From the sequence record SRR20825006_1462: 39,249 bases of DNA. The stretch is one strand, 5' to 3'. Below, in pieces: positions 8,537 to 17,398 of this stretch (position 1 is the first letter of the stretch; each line of letters starts with the position of its first letter). A program made the translations under genes and the position numbers. The notes under the pieces are model-generated. The model saw nothing but the letters and a program-made list of their open reading frames with translations, was not told where the DNA came from and searched no databases.

Positions 8537-9598
8537 ATGGAAACTCGAATCCGACATATCGCAACCTTCTTAAATCAATGGGCTCCACCGAGCACTAAAA
8601 TGGATTTTGATAATGTCGGGTTACTTGTCGGAGACCCCGAGACAGAGGTTAAAAAGGTTATTACCTGCCTTGATGTAACTGATGAAGTTGTTACGGAAGC
8701 CATCACAAATAATTGTGAACTGATTGTTGCTCACCACCCACTGATTTTTAATAAGGTTGGTAAAATAAACCCAACTAACGAGCAAGGACGCATAATTTAT
8801 AAGCTAATAAAGAACGATATTGGCTTATTAGTAGCACACACAAACTTAGATGCAGCGCTCGATGGTGTTTCATTTGTGCTCGCAAACATGCTCGGGCTAG
8901 ACAATCTCAGTTTTCTATCCAAAAATTACTCCATTTCTAAGAAAATACGCTTAGTTACTGATTATGGCGATGCAGAAGCTGTGTTAAAGCTATTAAATTA
9001 CTACTCTGCTGAAGAAGCGCACTACTTTAGTGTTGAAAATAGAGAGCACGATTTAAAGTGTTTTGAAGCTATTATTGATAAACACCATTTGCCGGAGCTT
9101 AAGAAAGGGCTTAAAAAAGAAGGTTTGTTAAAAAATGGTGGCTTACAAGTTACCGATTTAGCTTCAACCTCTAAGAATTTCGGAATGGGTGTAATTGGTG
9201 AATATTCTGAACAAGGAATTGGTCAAAACGAATTTCTACATTTAGTTTCCCAAGCATTAGATGTTAGTGCTGTACGTTTTTCAGGGAGCGTGAAAAACAT
9301 CAAAAAAGTAGCCGTTTGTGGCGGCGCAGGCGTATTTTTAAAAGATAAAGCAATAGCTGCAGGGGCAGATGCTTTTGTAACAGCCGATATTAAATATCAT
9401 GATTATTTCACCGAGCAAGAAAACTTTCTACTCGTTGACGTAGGCCATTACGAAAGTGAATTCCCAATCGCTGAAGCAATGAAAAATGAATTATCAGAAG
9501 CTTTCGACGATCTTTCCATCACCGTTACTTCGGTAGTAACAAATCCAATGCAGACCTATGTGTCTGAGCAAAAACCTCAATCTATTCAAACAAGCTGA
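8537..9598 (+). CDS. Nif3-like dinuclear metal centre protein (YbgI/YqfO family)
   Basis: DNVGLLVG, AHHPLIF, HTNLD, AVCGGAG, TADIKYH, DVGHYESE. Confidence 0.93.
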   Translation: METRIRHIATFLNQWAPPSTKMDFDNVGLLVGDPETEVKKVITCLDVTDEVVTEAITNNCELIVAHHPLIFNKVGKINPTNEQGRIIYKLIKNDIGLLVAHTNLDAALDGVSFVLANMLGLDNLSFLSKNYSISKKIRLVTDYGDAEAVLKLLNYYSAEEAHYFSVENREHDLKCFEAIIDKHHLPELKKGLKKEGLLKNGGLQVTDLASTSKNFGMGVIGEYSEQGIGQNEFLHLVSQALDVSAVRFSGSVKNIKKVAVCGGAGVFLKDKAIAAGADAFVTADIKYHDYFTEQENFLLVDVGHYESEFPIAEAMKNELSEAFDDLSITVTSVVTNPMQTYVSEQKPQSIQTS

Positions 9599-9609
9599 AG
9601 AAGCAATCC

Positions 9610-10344
9610 ATGAAAGAAGCACTTCAACAATTAGCAAATTTACAATACATCGATAGTCGTATAGACGAACTAAAACAATTACGTGGCGATTTACCAGAAG
9701 AAATTATGGATATCGAAACAGATATTGCTCGTAAAGAAGGAAGGCTATCAAAGCTGGTACAAGAAGAGCAAGATCTAACAATAGAAAATGATAAGTTAAA
9801 TCTTGACTTTAAGTCTTCTGAAGAGAAGATAAAAAAGTATGAAGATCAGCAGCTTTCGGTGCGTAATAATAGAGAATACGACGCTTTAACAAAAGAAATT
9901 GAAGTGCAAAAGCAAGTAATGGAAGCCGCTACTGTTCGTTTGGCTGAAATTAAAAAGCGCTTAGTGGACATTGGCCCTGAAATTGAAGTAGCTAGAGAAA
10001 AGTTTGAAGTTATTCAGAAAGAGCTTGAAGTAAAAAGTGCGAGCCTTGAGTCTGTTACAAAATCAACTCAAGATGAAGAGGACATTCTTTTGAAAAAACG
10101 TGAGGAAGTTGAAAAGGAAGTTGATTCAAGATATTTACGTAGCTACAATCGCCTAAGAGGTGGCCTTACAAATGGTATAGCCGTAGTTGCTATGGATAGA
10201 GGGGCTGCTTTTGGAATGGCTCTTCCTCCACAAACTCAGGTTGAAGTTCGTCGTAGAAATAAGGTAATTATTGACGAAAGCAGTGGGCGAATTGTTGTAG
10301 ATCAATCGTTTTTTGATGAAGCTAAAAAGCTATTATCAATTTAA
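9610..10344 (+). CDS. DUF164/CT398-like coiled-coil protein with Cys-less ribbon domain
   Basis: LQYIDSRIDE, NNREYDALTKEIE, C-terminal LPPQ...GRIVVD; usual neighbour of Nif3. Confidence 0.88.
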   Translation: MKEALQQLANLQYIDSRIDELKQLRGDLPEEIMDIETDIARKEGRLSKLVQEEQDLTIENDKLNLDFKSSEEKIKKYEDQQLSVRNNREYDALTKEIEVQKQVMEAATVRLAEIKKRLVDIGPEIEVAREKFEVIQKELEVKSASLESVTKSTQDEEDILLKKREEVEKEVDSRYLRSYNRLRGGLTNGIAVVAMDRGAAFGMALPPQTQVEVRRRNKVIIDESSGRIVVDQSFFDEAKKLLSI

Positions 10345-10371
10345 TTATTAGATAGTTTATACAATGTATTT

Positions 10372-10401
10372 AAAAGGGAAGCTTCAAGGCTTCCCTTTTT
10401 T
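10372..10401 (+). terminator. Intrinsic terminator
   Basis: AAAAGGGAAGC / GCTTCCCTTTT plus T-run. Confidence 0.85.
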
Positions 10402-10516
10402 ATTTGAGCTAATTGAAGTACGTATGAATGTTCATTTAATCATTGTAGAGCAAATAAGGCTCTGCATTTGTTGATAAAGACTCCTCTCCTTACTTCAATT
10501 AGAGTGCTTAAAAACG

Positions 10517-10524
10517 TATCTTTA
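10517..10524 (+). promoter_or_regulatory. Probable -7 promoter element of rnpB
   Basis: TATCTTTA resembles the Bacteroidota TAnnTTTG element and lies immediately 5' of the RNA. Confidence 0.45.
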
Positions 10525-10525
10525 T

Positions 10526-10886
10526 GCAGGAAAGTTGGGCAATCGCTTTGCGCTGTATGTGCAGAGAGGAAAGTCCGGACACCAACAAACACCGTGCTTT
10601 GCGATCCTTAGGGCGTAGCAGAGGCTTGGCTAGGGCGACTCAGCTAAGATAGATAGTGCAACAGAAAGTAAACCGCCTCACTTGTTGAGGTAAGGGTGAA
10701 AGGGTGAGGTAAGAGCTCACCGTTCCGCGCAGTAATGCCGGAAGCTAGGTAAACCTCGCGGGGTGCAAGTTCATGCAGGTGGTATACGCCGTTTGTCGTG
10801 ACGTCGCCGGGTGGAACGCACCAGATAAATGATTGCCGAATCTCGTTTTTCGAGAGGAACAAAATCCGGCTTATAGACTTTCCTGC
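10526..10886 (+). ncRNA. rnpB: RNase P RNA, bacterial class A
   Basis: GAGGAAAGTCCGGAC, AGTGCAACAGAAAG, GGGTGAAAGGGTGAGGTAAGAGC, GGTAAACC, AACAAAATCCGGCTTA; P1 GCAGGAAAGT / ACTTTCCTGC. Confidence 0.97.
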
Positions 10887-10896
10887 TAAAAACATC

Positions 10897-10924
10897 AAAA
10901 CCTCGTCTGAAAGGGCGAGGTTTT
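10897..10924. terminator. Bidirectional terminator between rnpB and smpB
   Basis: AAAACCTCGTC / GGCGAGGTTTT. Confidence 0.85.
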
Positions 10925-10985
10925 GTTTTATAAAGAAATTAATTTCAGTGTAATGTTCTGTCCTAGAGTGAAAGCTCTGTAGAAC

Positions 10986-11459
10986 TTACATATTAATACG
11001 AGCAGTTCCTTTTACACTACGCTGCATGTCGCGTTTAGTGTCTTTTTCTTTAATTGATTCTCTTTTGTCAAACTTTTTCTTACCACGTGCTACGCCAATA
11101 AGCACTTTTGCATAGCCTACTTTAAAATAAAGTTTCAAGGGAACTAGGGTATAGCCTTTTTGCTGGATGTATTTCTGCATTTCACGAATCTCTTTTTTGT
11201 TGAGCAACAGTTTACGCTGCCTACGAGGTTCGTGATTAGAAAAAGAACCAAATTTATAAGGCGAAATATGAAACTCACGTAGCCATACTTCTTCATTTTG
11301 AATGAAAGCAAAAGCGTCTGTAAAGTTAGCCTTTCCTTCTCGTAAAGACTTTACCTCGGTGCCTTGTAAAACGATTCCGGCTTCGTAGGTTTCATCAATT
11401 TGAAAATCGTGGTAAGCTTTTCGGTTTTGTATGGTTGGAGTATTGGTATTCTGGCTCAT
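10986..11459 (-). CDS. smpB: SsrA-binding protein
   Basis: NRKAYHDF, EAGIVLQGTEVKSLR, RKLLLNKKEI, ARGKKKFDKRE. Confidence 0.98.
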   Translation of the reverse strand: MSQNTNTPTIQNRKAYHDFQIDETYEAGIVLQGTEVKSLREGKANFTDAFAFIQNEEVWLREFHISPYKFGSFSNHEPRRQRKLLLNKKEIREMQKYIQQKGYTLVPLKLYFKVGYAKVLIGVARGKKKFDKRESIKEKDTKRDMQRSVKGTARINM

Positions 11460-11507
11460 ATCATTTTTCCTATCACAGTACTAAGCTGTGATAGGAAACT
11501 CTTAGTT

Positions 11508-11927
11508 TTAGTATTCGAAGCCGAGAGCTTGTAATTCTTTCATTACTTCTTCGTCAGGCGTGCGGTTTGGAAAGGTAGAATAAATGCCCATAATCTGATC
11601 AATTTCAGAAATAGCTTTTTCGTTTTCTACATTTAATTTAAGCACTTCAACATATTGGAGAAGTGCGCTGTTCATCTTATCGCGCATATTCGTGGTGTTA
11701 GAATCGCGATACTCAAGAAAAAGACCATAGTTTAAATGCGTTTTTTCTTTAAGCTTTAAGATTTCTGGAGTTTCGTCTTTAGCCGAAAGCAAAGTAAGTG
11801 CGTCCATATACTGATCGGATTCGATAAAAGCATCAACTTGCTCAGCTAAGGTTTTTCCGATAGGTGCTTTTTGTTGAGAGCAAGCTAAGAAACCTACTGA
11901 TAGAATGAGTAAAAGTAATTTTTTCAT
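11508..11927 (-). CDS. Hypothetical helical (TPR-like) lipoprotein
   Basis: Lipobox FLA-C; helical hairpin pattern. Confidence 0.78.
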   Translation of the reverse strand: MKKLLLLILSVGFLACSQQKAPIGKTLAEQVDAFIESDQYMDALTLLSAKDETPEILKLKEKTHLNYGLFLEYRDSNTTNMRDKMNSALLQYVEVLKLNVENEKAISEIDQIMGIYSTFPNRTPDEEVMKELQALGFEY

Positions 11928-11936
11928 GAATAATGT

Positions 11937-13163
11937 TTATTGCATTGATAATGGGTTCAGGCTTATACAGAGCACAAATATAAGCATACTTAACCAACCT
12001 AACACCTTTCTTCCTGTAGAAACGGGTTTATAAAATGTAACAGGTGGATGATCTACTTTAACCATAAAAGTGATGAAGAAAAGCCAGACTAGCCAAATAT
12101 AAGAAGGTTCTGCATTGGATGAGGCGGCTATTTGATAAATATAAATTCCGGAACTAATTAAAGAAGTTGGGGCCAATATAGAAACCCAATTCTTATTTTT
12201 GTTAAAGGCTACGGTCATTAGCGAGGAAAGTAAGGCACCCCAAATAATCCACGAAAGCGCACCAAAGGAAGTGTCGTATGGGCCAAGTAAATCATGAATG
12301 AAAGGAACAGCTTCAATACCTGCTAATATGGAAATAAAAGTGAAAAATATGCGAGCTAGATCTCGATGCTTTTTATATCCTAATAGCGAATATAAGATAT
12401 GGCCACCATCAAGCTGACCAACAGGCATTAGATTTAAGGCAGTGAAGAATAAGCCAAGCCAACCTGCAAAAAGAAAAGGGAAGTGATACATCTCCCACAT
12501 TGGAGGTACGTTGTCAAAGAAAGAAGAGGTAAAAGTATAAAGAAGCGTTTCTCCTACTATTAGTGTACTTCCATCTGGAGTGGTAAGCTGTTCGGTTGGA
12601 TAAGAGCCATATTCAGCTACATAAGCCTTAAGCTCTTCGTGGCCTGAAAAATTTTGTACAAAAGATGGGTCTGGTAAAGTTGTAAACCCAATAAATAGAA
12701 CAATAAGTGAAACTATAAAACCAGCAAGTGGGCCAGCTATACCAATATCAAAAAGCTTCTTTGTTTCATGGATTCTCTCTTTTATGCGAATTACCGCACC
12801 TAAAGTCCCAATGCCCAAAGGGAGCGGGATGTAATATGGTAATGAAACACTGATTCTATGATATACAGCAGCAAAGTAATGTCCAAACTCATGGAAAGTT
12901 AAAAAACTGAGTAGCAAGGTGGCAAAAAGAGCGCCACGTAGTAAATCGTCACTTCCAGGAAGTGCTAGAGGCCCGAGAAGAGTTATACCCTCACCAAAAC
13001 CAACAAATACAGAGCCAATTACCGAAACGGTGATAAAAGTGGCAATGAATAGCCCTAAATGCTTTAGTATTGTATTTAAATTGGGTTTATTCTTCGGCTC
13101 ATCTGATTGCGAAATAATTTCGAAATCAGCGCTTATTGGCCGGTCAATATTATCGTTATTCAA
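11937..13163 (-). CDS. Site-2 protease (M50) family membrane metalloprotease
   Basis: HEFGH, IGIAGPLAG, LNLMPVGQLDGGH; many TM helices. Confidence 0.93.
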   Translation of the reverse strand: MNNDNIDRPISADFEIISQSDEPKNKPNLNTILKHLGLFIATFITVSVIGSVFVGFGEGITLLGPLALPGSDDLLRGALFATLLLSFLTFHEFGHYFAAVYHRISVSLPYYIPLPLGIGTLGAVIRIKERIHETKKLFDIGIAGPLAGFIVSLIVLFIGFTTLPDPSFVQNFSGHEELKAYVAEYGSYPTEQLTTPDGSTLIVGETLLYTFTSSFFDNVPPMWEMYHFPFLFAGWLGLFFTALNLMPVGQLDGGHILYSLLGYKKHRDLARIFFTFISILAGIEAVPFIHDLLGPYDTSFGALSWIIWGALLSSLMTVAFNKNKNWVSILAPTSLISSGIYIYQIAASSNAEPSYIWLVWLFFITFMVKVDHPPVTFYKPVSTGRKVLGWLSMLIFVLCISLNPLSMQ

Positions 13164-13168
13164 TGTAC

Positions 13169-14404
13169 TTAATGGTTAATAGGTGCTCGGGAGATGGGTA
13201 AGGTCATACAGCGCGCGCCACCTCTTCCACGACAAAGCTCATGGCCTTGGAAACTAATAGCTAGTTTGTAATCTTCGTTTGAATCTAACCCGGATTTCCC
13301 ATACTCCTCAATAAATTCAAACTGGTTCATGTATGCGTATCCATGGTCAACTAATGTATTAAAGGTGTTAGTATTACGTTCATAACCTATAATAACGCCT
13401 GGTGCAAGGGCAAAAACGTTGGCGCCGTCCGTCCATTGTTCGCGAAATTGATTTGTTCTGTCCTCACCGCCACATTTCAAAAAAGTATACTCTTTTCCAG
13501 AAAATTCGTTAAGAGCTTGCAAAAGAGAGCCTCGAGATTCGGCTTGGACCGCACCATCTACTTTATGCAAAGCCACAACATTATCGTGTTGTTCTATAAT
13601 TGCAGGAGGGAAAGCAATACACTCATTATCGCTAGCAAAGGTGAAAATAGTATCTAAATGCATAGACGCGCGTTGCTTGGGAATGTCAATGGCTAGTACT
13701 GTTTTAACGCCGTGAGTTAGAAGTCCATCAGCGGCTTTCATCAATCCCGTAAATGAAGTTCGTTCACTCATACCAATAAGCACAAGATTTTCTGAAACCA
13801 CCAATACGTCTCCCCCTTCAATAGATTGATTACCGGAAATACGAATAGCGTGGTCTTTAACACTAGCAAAAAGTGGATGGAATTGGACAAGTGTTTCCAT
13901 CATTAACGATTCGCGTAAACGTGCTTTTTTGGCAGCTCTAGAAATTAAAATAGTGTTATTTACAACGGCAGCTAAATCGCGTGTAAAAAGTAAATTAGGA
14001 GATGGTTTTATATTGAAGCCTTTCGATTTAGAGAGAATACCTTGCGTACTAAACCGTAGAAGGTCATCGGGCTCTAAGGAAAGTAGTTCTTTTTCAATTA
14101 CGAATAAATTGTCCTCTGGAAACTCCTTAATCATTTGTTCAACGTAATAAGATCGGGCATCTTGATGTTGAATTGCTTCTAGAAAAAGGTCAACAATTTC
14201 AAAAATCTTACCATCTTTAGGCATAGCGACTTTAAACACGTCGAGCATGTCTAAATGTTCTTGCCGTGCATCTTCTTCAAAGATTATATCATCAAAAAGG
14301 AGTTCATCTTTTAGTTCTGGGTTAACTAAAGAAACTTCGTGGCCAGGAGTATGAACAATTACACCCTTAAGTAGGCCAATTTCTGATGAAACGTTAATAT
14401 TCAT
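13169..14404 (-). CDS. arcA: Arginine deiminase family protein
   Basis: VSSEIGLLK, NLLFTRD, IEGGD, MHLDT, REQWTDGAN, GRGGARCMT (catalytic Asp/His/Cys present). Confidence 0.88.
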   Translation of the reverse strand: MNINVSSEIGLLKGVIVHTPGHEVSLVNPELKDELLFDDIIFEEDARQEHLDMLDVFKVAMPKDGKIFEIVDLFLEAIQHQDARSYYVEQMIKEFPEDNLFVIEKELLSLEPDDLLRFSTQGILSKSKGFNIKPSPNLLFTRDLAAVVNNTILISRAAKKARLRESLMMETLVQFHPLFASVKDHAIRISGNQSIEGGDVLVVSENLVLIGMSERTSFTGLMKAADGLLTHGVKTVLAIDIPKQRASMHLDTIFTFASDNECIAFPPAIIEQHDNVVALHKVDGAVQAESRGSLLQALNEFSGKEYTFLKCGGEDRTNQFREQWTDGANVFALAPGVIIGYERNTNTFNTLVDHGYAYMNQFEFIEEYGKSGLDSNEDYKLAISFQGHELCRGRGGARCMTLPISRAPINH

Positions 14405-14536
14405 AAGTTAGAGCTTAAAATTATGCGTATTTCTGTGGTCTGTAAATATACATGTTCATTAGTGGATAACTAAATTGAATTTAGTGACGTTCGATTGAAA
14501 TTTGCTTGTTGTAGTAAGCTGTTTATACCTTAGGGG

Positions 14537-15391
14537 ATGATTTCGAAGAAAGAAATAAAGTCCCTTTTATACCTACTTGAAGATCCTGACCCCTTTGTTC
14601 ACCAAAGTGTGGAGAATAGATTGTTTGAGTTGGGAGAGAACGCTGTTCCTCTATTAGACGAGTACCGCTTAGATCTTAAAAGTACCGAAGAGAAAGACAA
14701 AGTGACGGAAGTTATCCATAAAATAACTTTTGAAAGTCTAGAGGCAGACTTTTTAGATGTACTTGAAAGTGGAGTAAGCAATCGCAAAGACTTGGAGTAT
14801 GCAGCTTTGACTTTAGCGCGATTTGGAAATCCTACATTAAGACCCCTAGAATATTCGAGGAAATTAGATCACTTTGCTGAAATGGTGGAATCTAGTATAA
14901 GATACAAACTAGATGAACGTCGAAAAATGAAGCAGCTAGTGAAGTTTGTATTCGAAGATTTGAATTTTAGAGGCGAGATAAAAGACTATCACAATCCTGC
15001 AAATTGCTACTTAGACAGAGTTATCGATCGACGAGTTGGCTTGCCAATTACCTTAAGTATGATAACTATGTTCATAGCACGTAGGCTAGACCTTCCTTTT
15101 TTTGGAGTGAATTTACCTATCCACTTTATGCTTACTTTTGTTGGTGAGAAAGAAGAATTATTGATTGATCCCTACGATAAAGGGGCAATGGTTACGTATG
15201 ATCAGTGCTATTTCTTTCTTAAAAAGAACAATATAGAACCACGCCCAGAGCATTTCAAAATGGCTACGGATATGGAGATTTTAGTACGTTGTATTCGGAA
15301 TTTGATTGAAAGCTATGAGCGTAAGAAAATGCTTGGTAAGGTGGAAGATTTGCAAAGAATACTTGCCACCGCTGAGCTTTTCGATAAGTAG
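14537..15391 (+). CDS. SirB1/transglutaminase-like family protein
   Basis: YLDRVIDRRVGLPITLS, GVNLPIHF, IDPY, ILVRCIRNL. Confidence 0.85.
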   Translation: MISKKEIKSLLYLLEDPDPFVHQSVENRLFELGENAVPLLDEYRLDLKSTEEKDKVTEVIHKITFESLEADFLDVLESGVSNRKDLEYAALTLARFGNPTLRPLEYSRKLDHFAEMVESSIRYKLDERRKMKQLVKFVFEDLNFRGEIKDYHNPANCYLDRVIDRRVGLPITLSMITMFIARRLDLPFFGVNLPIHFMLTFVGEKEELLIDPYDKGAMVTYDQCYFFLKKNNIEPRPEHFKMATDMEILVRCIRNLIESYERKKMLGKVEDLQRILATAELFDK

Positions 15392-15412
15392 TTTCAGCAT
15401 AACTAAGTAGAG

Positions 15413-15452
15413 AAAAGCTTGTTCTTTCATTACTAAAAGAACAAGCTTTTTT
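15413..15452. terminator. Bidirectional intrinsic terminator
   Basis: AAAAGCTTGTTCTTT / AAAGAACAAGCTTTT, 15-bp stem between convergent genes. Confidence 0.85.
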
Positions 15453-15472
15453 ATTGAAGATGAGTTTCTGGT

Positions 15473-17176
15473 TTAGATTTTTCTTACCAGTGTCCAGATA
15501 CCAATTGAGCCACCAAGCATAAAACTAAGGCCTGTTATTAAATCACCAAAGAAAACATCCTTCATGCCATAAAGGAAAGAAAGAATGATTGCTAGTGCGA
15601 CTATTACTTTAATCGCAGCAGGGAAAAAGCGATCTTGTGAAACTTTCCCGTCCGAAAACTGAACCCAGCCCTTGCCCATAGGATGAACTTGAGCGTAAAA
15701 TTTTTCGAGAGTTTCTCGCGATTCTGGTTTAGTAATAAATACAGTAAGAACCCACGCAGAAGTCGAAAATGCAGTAGTAAAAATCATTCCTGTGGCAAAA
15801 TCAAAACCCATAAATTTTGAAAAAATAGCCCCAACAAAAGCCATTACCATTGCTACAATTTCACTCCAAGCGTTAATTCGCCACCAGAACCAACGTAACA
15901 TCATGACGCCACCAATGCCGGCACTTAAAGAGAGAATGAACTCCCATCCACCTTTCACGGAATCGAAGAAGTAAGAAACAATGATAGCAAGTCCAGCCAT
16001 TGCGATAGTGGCAATACGAGATACAAAGACGTAGTGTTTTTGAGCTTTTTCATCGCTTTCGAACTCGTTTTCTTTTTTGATGAAACGTGCGTAAAAATCG
16101 TTTATAAGGTAAGATGTTCCCCAGTTAAGCTGAGTAGAAATAGTAGAAACAAAAGCCGCCAAGAATGCAACAGTCATTAATCCGAACCAACCTACGGGCA
16201 GCACTTCAGACATCATCATAGGGTAACCAGCTTCTTTATCAACCAAGTCTGGGAAAACTACGATAGAAACAAGGGCTACTAATATCCAAGGCCATGGGCG
16301 AACAGCGTACATCAAAATATTGTGTAGCAAAGTGGCGCCTACTGCGTGGCGTTCATCTTTAGCAGAGAACATTCTTTGGGCAATGTATCCCCCACCTCCG
16401 GGCTCAGCTCCAGGATACCAAGCGGCCCACCAAGCCATCCCTACCCAAATTAACGCAGTTGTAATGGCAATTTCTGGACTATTGAATGGGTTAAAGTTCA
16501 TTACATCAAAATCTACATTGGTAATCAACTGAGTTTTTAGCTCTGCAAGTCCTCCAACATGATCTACTGCAAAAAAGGCTAAAGCAATGGAGCCAATCAT
16601 AGCAATAAAAAATTGAATAAAATCAGTTACCACAACACCCCACAAACCAGCTATTGCAATGTAAATGGCTGTCATGCCGTATAAGACGAGAATAATTAAC
16701 CATTGGTCGGCACCCGTAATTACAGTCATTACTTTAGCCATTCCAACCGTTACCCATCCCATAATTACGCAGTTAAAAGGAAAAGCAAAATAGAGAGCTC
16801 TAAAACCACGCAGAAAGCTGGCAGGTTTTCCGCCATATCTGAGTTCTATAAACTCGCAATCGGTTAAAACGTCGGCGCGTTTCCAAAGTTTAGCGTAAAT
16901 AAAAACAGTGATGACGCCAGAGAACATCCAGCTTAGCCAAAACCAGTTGCCAGCAATACCTTGTGTTGCTACAAGGCCTGTAATTGCAAGAGGAGTGTCG
17001 GCTGCAAAGGTTGTAGCCACCATAGAAACACCAACGAGCCACCAGGGGAGATTTTTTCCTCCAGCAAAATAATCTTCTAAAGAGTTTTGTCCGCGCTTTT
17101 TAGCCACCCAGGCTACGGCTATCATTAATACAACGTAGCCAGCTATAACTACGTAATCCAGAAATTGAAAGGGCAT
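15473..17176 (-). CDS. Sodium:solute symporter family protein
   Basis: DYFAGGKNLPWW, SMVATTFAADTP, GLWGVVVTD, YIAQRMFSAKDE; many TM helices. Confidence 0.92.
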   Translation of the reverse strand: MPFQFLDYVVIAGYVVLMIAVAWVAKKRGQNSLEDYFAGGKNLPWWLVGVSMVATTFAADTPLAITGLVATQGIAGNWFWLSWMFSGVITVFIYAKLWKRADVLTDCEFIELRYGGKPASFLRGFRALYFAFPFNCVIMGWVTVGMAKVMTVITGADQWLIILVLYGMTAIYIAIAGLWGVVVTDFIQFFIAMIGSIALAFFAVDHVGGLAELKTQLITNVDFDVMNFNPFNSPEIAITTALIWVGMAWWAAWYPGAEPGGGGYIAQRMFSAKDERHAVGATLLHNILMYAVRPWPWILVALVSIVVFPDLVDKEAGYPMMMSEVLPVGWFGLMTVAFLAAFVSTISTQLNWGTSYLINDFYARFIKKENEFESDEKAQKHYVFVSRIATIAMAGLAIIVSYFFDSVKGGWEFILSLSAGIGGVMMLRWFWWRINAWSEIVAMVMAFVGAIFSKFMGFDFATGMIFTTAFSTSAWVLTVFITKPESRETLEKFYAQVHPMGKGWVQFSDGKVSQDRFFPAAIKVIVALAIILSFLYGMKDVFFGDLITGLSFMLGGSIGIWTLVRKI

Positions 17177-17293
17177 GTTATTGAGTTATTAATGAGAATT
17201 TAAAGATTAAAGACTGGAAGGTTATCGAGTATAATGAAAAAATTTAGTTAATTGTTAGGGAATTGAAATTAGATAACTCTTTATTAGTACTTC

Positions 17294-17398
17294 ATGAAGA
17301 AGAAAATTTTGTTCTTAACAATCATCTTCTTGGCGCTTCATGCGCTTACTTGGTGGGTTTGGGGAGCAAATAGGCTACTTAAGAAAGTAAAACAGTGA
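17294..17398 (+). CDS. 34-aa single-TM small protein (below ORF-track cutoff)
   Basis: ATG 17294 reads MKKKILFLTIIFLALHALTWWVWGANRLLKKVKQ; its TGA overlaps the DUF72 GTG start (GTGA). Confidence 0.6.
   Translation: MKKKILFLTIIFLALHALTWWVWGANRLLKKVKQ

Noticed and set aside
10644..10898. 84-aa minus-strand ORF
   Set aside because: Antisense shadow of RNase P RNA
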